Assembly: GCF_006345805.1 (NCBI RefSeq)
Contig: NC_043005.1
Location: 45,074,001 to 45,138,000, forward strand
Length of the DNA stretch: 64,000 bases
Origin: Octopus sinensis
Taxonomy: Eukaryota
Direction of reading: 5' to 3'
Numbering within the stretch: the stretch's first letter is position 1; the number at the start of each line of letters is the position of its first letter. A program made the position numbers and the translations under genes. The notes beneath the pieces are model-generated. The model saw only the letters and a program-made list of their open reading frames with translations, had not been told where the DNA came from and did no database searches. Positions 1 to 10,629 of this stretch are shown here, in pieces.

Positions 1-350
1 CTTCTTCGAGGACCGGCCAGCGACTCCAAGATCCGTCTGTGTTCCTCGACGACCGCTCAACGACTGCCAAGACTTCACTTCATCTCTGTCCTCGCTTCCA
101 CTCCCTCATCTCCCTCTTATAGCCTTTCTATTTGCTATCTCATTCCTTACTCTATCTATATCGCCTGCTGTCTCTTAGCCTCTCCATCCGTCCCCTACTG
201 CTTATACCCTATCTCTATTTGCTCTCAGCCCTTAATCTGTCCCTTTTTCACATTCTCACTGACCCTCTTATCAACCACACGAGGTCACAGGTCATTCCAA
301 AACCCATCAGTCCTCCATTAGACAAAGAACCCGTCACATTTCACCAGACA

Positions 351-1670
351 TCATGGTGCCATTATTCCTATGTGGGTCACCAGAAACACTACACTAATTA
401 AACCCGAAATGCACTTAGCCAACCGTAACAGTATCATTGTCTTCTTTGGTGTCATTGTTCTTGGTGTTGGTGTTGGTGTTGGTCTGGTGATTGTTGGAGG
501 TGGTGTCACTTTTGGTAGTGGTGGTGGTGGTGGTGATGGTGTTGGTGGTACGAAAGCTTTTGGATTTTGCTTCTGCTGCATCTCCTCTTGCTGTTGTTGC
601 TGCTGCTGCTGCAACTTCTTTTTCTTCTCCTCCACCGTTCTTTCCTTGTAAATGGGACAATCTACTTTTAAATGTTTTTCACTACTGCAGAGGTAGCACT
701 TTGGTCTTTGCCCCTCTACAGCAACGTGCAGTCTTGTGCCGTCCAGCAAATTTATAGAGTCAAGTATGGAATTTATGGTTTGTTGGTTGATCTGAGTGAG
801 AAGCTGCATTCCCATACCCAAACAATTTTGGCTGTGCAACTTATGCACTTCCAAAATAGTGGCAGTGTCTTCTATGTCGTAGAGGACAGCTGCCACTAGC
901 TGGCATATATTAAGTTCGGGTGGCACTTGGTCAATTTTTATTTTTGTTACACACCGACCAAGGTATGTCGGCACAAGTAGCAATTCTTCAGTTTTCAGGG
1001 TTGTCGTTGAATGCTGCCGTGCATCGTCTTCAGTTGGGGAGCAGACTTCTGCTGTTCTAAACCACTTCCCTTTGGTCACGAAAGATTTTTTGCCCCATAC
1101 GGGCTTCAGAGCTATCTCCAACTGCTGTGGAGATGCACTTGCCATCTTTTTGGGTTTTATGTTGACATTTTTATAAATTATTGTTTTTCTGTTTGTTTCT
1201 TGCATTAGTGTCTGTGGAGTGTTAACGGAGACATTGTTTCCATCCTTCCTTAACAACTCATTTGCGGTTTTAATTTCATCCATTGTAACATTGATTTCCT
1301 CCAATCTTTGCTTTGCTGCAGAGGCGAAACCATTACAATGGCTTTTGTTGTTGGTCTTGGTGGTGTTGCTGATGTTCGGTTCTTTGTTAACTGTGTTGTT
1401 GTTTTTCTCTTCCTTCTTCTCCAGTGTAGGAGCAATAGTGGTGGTAAGAGCAGGGAAATGTACATTTGAAAGGCGATCAAAAGAACAGCCTTCATTTACT
1501 TCAGTAGCACTGCATGAGGTGGAACGCTGTTCAACTTTATCTTCTTTGCCTTCTAAGGTGCGAATTAGGTGGAGTGTATTGACATTTGATGTCTGACTCG
1601 TTTTGTCATCTGTTTGTAGAGGGTCTGGTGCACAAAGAAGGGAACAGCTTACTGTTCTCTTCAAAGACAT
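351..1670 (-). CDS. LINE ORF1 (gag-like) protein with CCHC zinc knuckle, L1/Tx1-like
   Basis: Open 439-aa ATG-initiated ORF. It contains C-X2-C-X4-H-X4-C (CYLCSSEKHLKVDC) preceded by an RRM-like segment (TKIKIDQVPPEL) and followed by poly-Q/poly-P from microsatellites. This layout is typical of non-LTR ORF1; the clade assignment is inference. Confidence 0.65.
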   Translation of the reverse strand: MSLKRTVSCSLLCAPDPLQTDDKTSQTSNVNTLHLIRTLEGKEDKVEQRSTSCSATEVNEGCSFDRLSNVHFPALTTTIAPTLEKKEEKNNNTVNKEPNISNTTKTNNKSHCNGFASAAKQRLEEINVTMDEIKTANELLRKDGNNVSVNTPQTLMQETNRKTIIYKNVNIKPKKMASASPQQLEIALKPVWGKKSFVTKGKWFRTAEVCSPTEDDARQHSTTTLKTEELLLVPTYLGRCVTKIKIDQVPPELNICQLVAAVLYDIEDTATILEVHKLHSQNCLGMGMQLLTQINQQTINSILDSINLLDGTRLHVAVEGQRPKCYLCSSEKHLKVDCPIYKERTVEEKKKKLQQQQQQQQEEMQQKQNPKAFVPPTPSPPPPPLPKVTPPPTITRPTPTPTPRTMTPKKTMILLRLAKCISGLISVVFLVTHIGIMAP

Positions 1671-1892
1671 TTTGGCAAAATTTCAAAGTTTCAAACGAAA
1701 ATTTCACCCCTAAAAGGGAAAACTTTCACCTAACCAACAAGCTCCACAAGAACCTAGTTGGCTTGGCTACACAAATATACAAAAATATCAATGGGTTTAA
1801 CAAATTTTCCAATAAAATTGGCCAACAACTTACGGAGCTTCTAGAGACACATCGGTCCGCTTTTAAAACAACTACAATAATAATAATAATAA

Positions 1893-2440
1893 TATGGAAT
1901 AGCAACAGAAAAAGTATGATATAAGCACATGCCAGGAAAGGTCATAGAAAATGGGAAAGCAACCATACTATGGGATATGCCAATACACACATGTAGAGAA
2001 ATTAAGGTCAATATAGGCTGGATATAGTTGTCAGAGATCAAGAAAAAAAAAAATTTTTTAATCGATGTATCAATAGATGACAATGTTTCTCAAAAAGAAA
2101 TGGAGAAACTTTCAAAATATAAAGATCTGGAAATAGAGATAACTCGAATGTGGAGTCTAAAAACTGAAACAATTCCTATCATAGTAGACACATTAGGTAT
2201 GATAAAAAAAATTTCAGATAAATACATAACAAAAATACCAGGACAACAAGTATATATAACACAGAAAATAGCACTACTAGGTACTGCACACATCTTACAT
2301 AAAACACTTTCAATACAGTAAAAATAAGAGCATCACAACAAACCACAGCACACGCCCAAGGTACACAGAGCTGCACTTGGTAGTGCAGTGAAAGCATGTG
2401 ATAAAAATAAGACTACTGAATAATAATAAAAATAATTATA
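1893..2440 (+). mobile_element. 5'-truncated R4/Dong-like non-LTR retrotransposon, restriction-like endonuclease C-terminus
   Basis: Frameshifted translation PGKVIENGKATILWDMPIHT..DIVVRD..FLIDVSIDDNVSQKEMEKLSKYKDLEIEITRMWSLKTETIPIIV matches the PD-(D/E)xK REL domain. Flanked on both sides by (TAA)n-like tracts. Confidence 0.8.
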
Positions 2441-2729
2441 ATAAAGCTGTTTGCCTTTTTGACATGGCCAGAATAATCAGGAAAGTTGAAAAGAACAGAT
2501 AGCATGGTGCTGTAAGCTGCAGGTAGCAAACCCGATACACATGCAAGTCTTCAGGAGTTTAAAAAACCTGAGTTGAAAAGAATAATAATAATAGTGGTTC
2601 TAACTGGAGTAACCACCATGTATCTACTCTACAGAAAGACACCTATATATGCCTCCTCTATAGTTCTCAACTGGCACAAAGCCATACCTCCTCAATATTG
2701 CTGCCCTACCTTCCAGTTGGGTGGTTGTT

Positions 2730-2995
2730 GTCTTGCAAGGTAGCTGGTGACCCTGTTGGTGCTGGTGCCACATAAAAAGCACTGGCACTGGTTTCACATA
2801 AAAAAGGACTACATGAAAAGCACCCAGTACACTCTGTAAAATGGTTGGCATTAGGGAGGACATCCAGCTGTAAAAACCAAGCCAAAACAGACGATGGGAC
2901 TTGGTATGGCTCCTGCCCTTGCCAGCTCCTGTCAAAATGTCCAGCCTGTGCTGACATGGAAAACAGATGTTAAATGATGGTGATTATGATGACGA
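2730..2995 (+). mobile_element. RTE-LINE 3' tail copy
   Basis: aagcacccagtacactctgtaaaatggttggcattagg...ttaaatgatg, same tail as 13940-14110. Further copies lie near 6195-6422, 6535-6820, 9652-9870(-), 26335-26580, 28290-28530, 37642-38092, 44385-44610 and 55400-55660(-). Confidence 0.8.
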
Positions 2996-3053
2996 TTAGA
3001 AAATTACTATTTTTAAAATCTCACAACGTGAGATATTCAGCGACAGTACTTTG

Positions 3054-3304
3054 TAGTAAAGATTGTTTGCCAACATAACATGACAGCCCTGGTTTAGGGC
3101 TAATGTTGCTGTAATTTTAGCCCCAGGAGACTTTGTCTCTAGCTGGCTATACAACACAGATCATGTCGTATAGGACACAGATCGTATAAGGACACAGATT
3201 GTGTCATATAGCCAGCTGGAGACAATGTCTCTTGGGGCTAAAATTACAGCAACATTAGTCCTAAACCAGCACTGCCATGTTATGTTGGCAAACAATCTTT
3301 ACTA
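3054..3304. mobile_element. Foldback MITE-like element with ~105-bp inverted arms
   Basis: Left arm tagtaaagattgtttgccaacataacatg... is the near-exact reverse complement of the right arm ...catgttatgttggcaaacaatctttacta, with a short spacer between them. Confidence 0.8.
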
Positions 3305-3525
3305 TTATGATGTTTTAAATTTTGGCACAAGACCAGCTATTTTAGAGGGAAGGGGTAAGTTGATTACTTCAACCCCAGTGTTCAGTTGGTATCTATTTCA
3401 TTGGCTCTCAAAGGATTTTAATAACACTCATTCATATATTGTGTAACATCTCTCACTACTTCTCTTTCATGTTTATAGTTCTCTCACAATGCATTCTAGC
3501 ATGGAAAATGTGGGTTTAAAGATGA

Positions 3526-3527
3526 GG

Positions 3528-3592
<65 letters not shown>

Positions 3593-3858
3593 GTGATGAC
3601 AATGGTAGTGGTGGTGGTGGTGGTGGTAGTGGCAACAACGACAATGATGACAACGAGCAGGGGAAGATGGGAGGAGGAGGAGGATTACAATGACGATAAT
3701 AATGATGATGATGGTGGTGGTAGTGGTGACAACAATGAATATGATGACGAGCAGGGGAAGACGGGAAGAGGAGGAGGAGGAGTATAACCAAGACGACGAT
3801 GACGACAACAACAGCAATGATAATGACAATGATGATTATGATGATGACAATGAAAACA

Positions 3859-3908
<50 letters not shown>
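3526..3908. repeat. Compound (GAT)n/(GGT)n/(GAG)n/(GAC)n trinucleotide microsatellite
   Basis: Directly visible. Confidence 0.95.
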
Positions 3909-4227
3909 AATCTTCTGATTTGGCCATTTACTGCCTGCCCTAACAGTAATATTGTTTCCTAATATTGTCACAAGGTCACTGCTGTATAGGTAAAGAATAT
4001 AGTCAATTGAATTGATCTCAGTAAAGTTAGTACTAGTTTATTGATCTTAGAAGGTTGAAAGGCAAAGTCGACCAGTAAGATTAGTAAGAATTGTCGTCGT
4101 CATCATCATCATCATCATCTTAGTTATTCTGCACCAAGACATCAATATTTGTGAAGTGGAATTTTTTTTTACTTTTTTTAACAGACAATTTAATGAATTT
4201 AGAGACAAGTGAAAGAAGAAAGTTAAC

Positions 4228-4477
4228 ATGTAGCATGACTATGTGGTAAGAAGCTTACCTCCCAACTATATGGTTCTAGGTTCAGTCCCACTGTGTAGCA
4301 GCTTTGATAAATGTCTTCTGCAATAGCCTTGGGCTGGCCAAAGCCTTATGAGCAGGTGTGGTAGATGGAAACAGAAAGAGGCCTTTTTATATATATATAT
4401 ATATATACACACACACATATATACATATATATGTGTGTGTGTGTGTGTATGTGTGTGTATATATGTATATATATATG

Positions 4478-4511
<34 letters not shown>

Positions 4512-4735
4512 TGTATGTATATGTATATATCTATGTGTGTGTGTCTTTGTGTCTGTGTTTGACAAAAAGTGTTGGTGCGTTTATTACTCAGTAACTTAGT
4601 GGTTCAACAAAAGAGACAGATTCAATAAGTACTAGATTTTAAAAAGTAATTCTTATGGTTGATTTGTTCTACTAAAACCCTTCAAGGCATTGCCCCAGCA
4701 TGGCCACACTCAAGTAACAGAAACAGGTAAAAGAT
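4228..4735 (+). mobile_element. tRNA-headed SINE family A with internal (TA/TG/TATG)n tract
   Basis: Head with box-A-like tgtggtaag and box-B-like ggttcagtccc, then an internal microsatellite, then a conserved tail ending gaaacaagtaaaaga. More than 15 copies in the window. Confidence 0.8.
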
Positions 4736-5105
4736 GTGCATAAGTACCAATGTAAGTGCAGAGCTTTTAACAAGGAAAGGATTAAGTTCTTGGATATTCC
4801 AGACCTGAAAGAAATAGGTAACAGGGAGAGAAATAGGATATGTTATCTCATATCAAACAATTCCATATTGGTTCTGATTGAACAAACCAGTAATAAAAAG
4901 CCTCAGCAACCATAATAATTTTATATATTCAGGCATAGTGTATATAGAACTACTTTATAAAATTTGTCCTTCCTTTCTTTAAGCTGGTAGTGCACAATTT
5001 GAGGGAGCATTGATTGCTATGTCTACAGGCCAAGTGACTTCATAGAAGTCCTTTCATCAACTTGTACAGCAAATACACACACACACCACACTCACACACA
5101 CACAC

Positions 5106-5151
<46 letters not shown>

Positions 5152-5301
5152 ACACACATGCACATGCATCTATTTACTTACTTGCCTTACTGCCTACATT
5201 TATACCTAGCTATTGAGCTATCTAACAATCTATCTGTCTGTCTACCTGTCTCCCTCTCTCTTTATCGTCTCTCTGTCTGTTTGTCTACCCACTCTCTCTC
5301 G

Positions 5302-5380
<79 letters not shown>

Positions 5381-5508
5381 TACACACACACATCAATTTA
5401 TTTACATGCCTGCCTATCTATCTCCCTACCTATCGACCATCTCTATCTGTATGTCTATCCATCCACCTCTCTCTCTCCCCCTCTCTCACCGTCTCTCCCT
5501 CTCTCTCC

Positions 5509-5543
<35 letters not shown>

Positions 5544-5904
5544 TGGAAAGGAAACAACAAAGTTAAAAATAAATGAAGTACTCCATCAAAGTTAGTGATT
5601 TCAATAAAGCTAATAATGCGGAGAAGATGTAAAACATGTCCAGGCTAGACTGCTGATATTTCAAGTTTCCCTGGTGTTTTTTCACACCATCTCTAGGTCA
5701 GTGTAGTTGATAGACTAGTATGTACTGAAGACTAATAGCAGTCTAAACACCATGCAGGAAGCAGTGAGCTTCTTACATCACTGACACTGTTGTTGATTAG
5801 CCCCAGAACAAACTCAGTAGAGCAGTTCTATAATCGAAGGCACTTTAGTTGTGACCATCCTGTCATTTTTTATTTCTAAGAGATATGTAGGACTACTACA
5901 TTGT

Positions 5905-6132
5905 TTAACCCTTTTGTTACCAACCCAGCTGAAACTGGCTCTAGCTCTGAGTACAAATGTTTTGTTTTCATAAGTTTTGAATTAAAATCTTCCACCAAAC
6001 CTTAGTTACAATTTATGTTTCTAACACAAGCTGAATGATAGCTAAGTTGTTTAACTAAATTCTTTGTTATATTTAAAGTAATTGAAAGAGACACAGAGCA
6101 TCTCAAAATAAATATGGTAATGAAAGGTTTAA
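5905..6132. mobile_element. piggyBac-type MITE
   Basis: TTAA at 5905-5908 and 6129-6132; imperfect TIR cccttttgttacc / ggtaatgaaaggt. Confidence 0.65.
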
Positions 6133-7502
6133 TGTGCCCTTTCCTCATATAAGATAGTAGAATGTGGTTTGAGAGGAATTTGGATGCTTTCCTTTTGCAG
6201 GTTGACCAGTACCACCTGACTGGCCCTCGTGCCGGTGGCCCGTAAAAGTATCCACTACACTCTCGGAGTGGTTGGCATTAAGAAGGGCATCCAGCTGTAG
6301 AAACTCTGCCAAATCAAGACTGGAGCCTGGTGCAGCCATCTGGTTCACCAGTCCTCTGTCAAATCGTCCAACCCATGCTAGCATGAAAAGTGGACGTTAA
6401 ATGATGATGATGATGATGATGAATAATCTTGTAGAAGATGCCTCATTGATTCCTGTTACCCTATCATAGTTCTATGGTTAAACAAATACTGAAATGTAAA
6501 GCTTGCATGTAAGTTGGTGCCATGTGGTAAGCACTTGTGCTGGTTTTGCATTATAAACAATCATGCCAGCACCACATAAAAGCACACCCGTGCTGGTAGC
6601 ACATAAAAAGCACCCAGCACACTCTCTAAAGTGGTTGGCATTAAGAAGGGCATCCAGCTGTAGAAACCATACCAAAGCAGATGATTGGAGTTTGATGCAG
6701 CCCTCCGGTTGGCCAACTCTTGACAAACAATCCAACCTGCCAGCATGGAAAACGGACATTAAATGGTGGTGGTGGTGGCGACAGCAGCGGTGGTGGTGGT
6801 GGTGGCAGCAGTGGTGATGATAATGATTTATAAATTGTATCAAAATTCAGAATGGATTTTCATTCAGAACTAGTAAAGAGAAATCCAGATTTTCGATAGA
6901 GTGCTCGTTAGATCAACACGAAGTGAATTAACTAAGAGATTGTAGGTTAAGATAAGTAGAATATGTTGTGAAGTCAGACTAGACCAGAGCTACATGGCAA
7001 GACCTGACCATAAATCAGGTCAAGGAAAAGTCTGTTGCTGAAGGGAAATATATCATGTGAAGGGAAATATGAGAAATTGGGAAATAATCATTATGGGTTT
7101 TCATCCCCTTTTCCAAGTTGGCTTAGTTTAGGTGAGTTTTTCTGAAGTAGTGTTGTCTTTTCCCTGAAAAGCTCAATGAAAAGAAATATATGTCATCAGC
7201 TTGATATAGGTAAGTGGATCCAATCTAAGGATGCTGAGCTAATGGTACTGGATTTAACAAAAAGCATCTACGGACAAGGAGAATTGTGAGAACTATTTTT
7301 CTCTAGGAATCACAGCAAGAGAGAAAAAGGGAGGGAGAGAGAGAAAAAGAGAGGGAAACTACTAGGCAATGATATAAAGGAAATTAAATGTGGTCATCAT
7401 TGGTGTGTTATTAATAGACTTTTTCCTATTTTCTTTCCTTAGGTTAATCATAACCTTATTTAGTACACGAACATTTAAGGTCCATGTTACTAAATTAAGA
7501 GA

Positions 7503-7525
7503 TCATCATCATCATCATAATCACT

Positions 7526-7568
<43 letters not shown>

Positions 7569-7734
7569 CCACCACCACCACCACCACCACCACCACCACC
7601 ACCACCATCAACACCATCACCACTAACACCACCACCACTAACACTACCACCACCACCATCATCACCATGATAGCAGCAGCAGCTGTAGCAGTAGTAGTAG
7701 TTGCAGCAGCAGCATTAGCAGTAGTAGTAGTAGT

Positions 7735-7787
<53 letters not shown>

Positions 7788-7806
7788 TAGTGTAGTAGTA
7801 GTAGTA

Positions 7807-7849
<43 letters not shown>

Positions 7850-7856
7850 CAGCAGC

Positions 7857-7916
<60 letters not shown>
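7503..7916. repeat. Compound (CAT)n-(CAC)n-(CAG)n-(TAG)n microsatellite
   Basis: Directly visible. Confidence 0.95.
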
Positions 7917-8384
7917 CGTTTTATATGCACACACATACCTGTATGTGCGTAAATATTTATGTTTATTTCCTTAGTGATATTCCTGTATAGGTTCTCATTA
8001 ATGGTTGTTTTAGATGATGTTGCAAAGAAATTTCAGGAAAAAAATTTTTTCCTTGAAATTAGTCCTAGAATTAGGCCTATCATTACAAGGTTATAAATAA
8101 TCTATCCATTACTTTAACTGTGCGCCATGGTGAAGAGAGAACTTATCACTTGAATATTTTGTCATGTATGGCTATTTCAGCTGATGAAAATTCACTGATG
8201 TCTTCGTTCAATGTAAAAAAAAAATCTTTGTTCTTTACATTACTGACAGCTTCAGAGACATGGATAATGTTGTTAATATGAATTTTCAATTGTTTTCAAT
8301 TGTGATGTCCTTTGAGATTCCTTGAAATTTGAAACTGCCATTAAGAATTTAATTTATTTTAAGATTCAATTCTTCCATTTTCAG

Positions 8385-8523
8385 AGTGACACAAAAAAAA
8401 AAGAGTTTCTTTGAACATTCTTTTTGAATAAGATGTCTCAACTGATGTAGAAGTTTGTTGTGGTATGTTGCAGAGAAGAACTGGTTGATAGTCAAGAGTT
8501 TATTTATCGACTGATGTGTGTCA
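8385..8523 (+). pseudogene. Candidate exon of an unidentified, possibly decayed multi-exon gene
   Basis: Acceptor ttcttccattttcag, donor GTAAGC. Best frame SDTKKKEFL*TFFLNKMSQLM*KFVVVCCREELVDSQEFIYRLMCV. Confidence 0.35.
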
Positions 8524-8929
8524 GTAAGCCAGACAAAGAGTTATAAAAGAATAAATGCAACACCACCATCAAACTAATCCAAAAACTCTCTCCATTCTAC
8601 ATTTAATCAGGGAGATGTATACCACTGGTAAAAACTACGTTTCTATGTGTGGGTATACATGGGAGCTCACCAATTTTGGGAAAACAGGTAAGTTGATTAC
8701 ATACCCCAACCCCCAGTGCTTAACTAGTGCCATTTTATCAATCACAAAAGGATCAATTGGCAGAATTTGAAATCAGAATGTAAAGATGGACAAAATGTTG
8801 CAAACCATTTTGCATAGCATGCTAACAATTCTGCCAGCTTGCTGCCTTAACCTGCTTATTTCATATTCAGAATGCTATATTTATTGGAATATGCATATAT
8901 ATATAAAGATTAAACAGAACAGGAGGATA

Positions 8930-9226
8930 CACGTGAATGGAAGAGTCGCTGAAGAGGTCACAGATGTGTGACAAAAGATTTCCAGATAATGGACATAAGA
9001 AAAATATGAACAATAATGAGTGAAGAATGAACATATATATATATATAAAGGGAATGTTTACGAAAATAAACAAAAGACAAAGGCAGGTGGAGTACAAACA
9101 AATAAATCTATTAGTATAATGCTCAGGAATAGAAAAGTCTTTTACGTTTCAAGCCTACGCTCTTCGACAGAAAAATACACAGAAAAAACAAGGAGAGAAA
9201 AAAACGCTTATAGGAGCTAACGATCT

Positions 9227-9230
<4 letters not shown>
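8930..9230 (-). mobile_element. Solo Penelope-like terminal repeat with hammerhead-like motif
   Basis: 9060-9180 is homologous to the 3' end of the PLE at 57780-57900 (gatgctcaggaa..gaaagtctttt..caagccta.gctcttc.acagaaa). Confidence 0.65.
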
Positions 9231-9268
<38 letters not shown>

Positions 9269-9272
<4 letters not shown>

Positions 9273-9470
9273 GTCTGATCAAAAAGTATTGGGTCTGTTT
9301 CTATAGTCATGAAGCTACTTGGCACAGATTGACCTTGAACTCTGTTGTGCATGTGCACTAAGTTATAATGTTCTCACTCACTTCCATTGTTTTTAGCAGT
9401 GCTTGGAAGTAAAATATGTAGAGTGCCGTTGTCTCAAAAAGATCAGATTTCAGCTGTGCAGGACCTCCTT
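9269..9470 (+). mobile_element. Mariner-like terminal fragment
   Basis: (TA)tgaggtctgatcaaaaagtatt resembles a mariner TIR and starts within a TA tract; no transposase motif confirmed. Confidence 0.35.
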
Positions 9471-9894
9471 GACTCTGTGTGTGTGTGTGTGTGTACATGT
9501 GTGTGCACGTGTGTATGTATACATATATATATATTCACACACATACACATTCAAATATGTATGTATATGTACATATGTACATATAGATGATATATATATA
9601 TGTATGTATGAGTGTGTATATATGTGTGTGTGTGTGTGTATATCATCATCATCATCATCATCATGTAAGTCATCAACCTATGCTGGCATGGTATAGATGG
9701 TTTGGCAGGAACCAGTGTGTTCAAGGACTGCATTGAGCAATGAGCAGAGCAGCAGTGTCTGCTTTGGCATAGCTTTTACAGCTGCATGCCCTTCCGAATG
9801 CCAAACACTTTACAGCATGGACTGGAAGCTTTTTCATGTCACCAGCACTATTGAGGTCACCATATAGTTTGCAACATTAAAAAGCACAGAAGAA

Positions 9895-10354
9895 GCTGTG
9901 TGGTCAGTAGCTTACTTACCACATAGTTACAACCACATAGTTCCAGGTTCAGTTTCACTGCTTAGCACCTTGGGCAAGAGTCTTCTACTATAGCCTCAGG
10001 CCGACCAAAGCCTTGTGAGTGGATTTAGTAGACGGAAACTGAAGGAAGCCCATCATACATACATACACACATACGTACATACATACATACATACATACAT
10101 ACATACATACATACATACATGTATGTGTGTGTGTATATGTTTGTGTGTCTGTGTTTGTCCTCCCAACATCACTTGACAACCGATGCTTGTATGTTTACAT
10201 CCCCATAACTTAGCAGTTTGGCAAGAGACTGATGGAATAAGTACTAGGCTTACAAAGAATGAGTCTTGGGGTCAATTTGTTCAAATAAAGGCAGTGCTCC
10301 AGCATGGTTGCAGTCAAATCACTGAAACAAGTAAAAGAATAAAAGAATTAAAGA

Positions 10355-10360
<6 letters not shown>
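9895..10360 (+). mobile_element. SINE family A
   Basis: Head, internal microsatellite and tail as at 4228. Confidence 0.85.
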
Positions 10361-10434
<74 letters not shown>

Positions 10435-10629
10435 TAGGAAAGGATTATGAAATTTTCATTTTACCCTGAATAACATAACTTAACCATAAAGCAATGAGAT
10501 TTCCTCATTTTACCTTAGAAGTTTTCAGTTTGCAAAAGCCTCGAGTATTTTTTATCTGAGTGAGATAGAAGTGGAGGTTGAATGCATGAACACTGCTTCT
10601 GCTCATAGAGTATATATATATATTTATAT

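Noticed and set aside
3473-3971. Poly-H/D/M/I ORFs here and similar ORFs at 4266-4599, 5062-5595, 7390-7936, 19593-21089, 46175-46445 and 51739-52173
   Set aside because: These are translations of microsatellites, open in several frames and on both strands.
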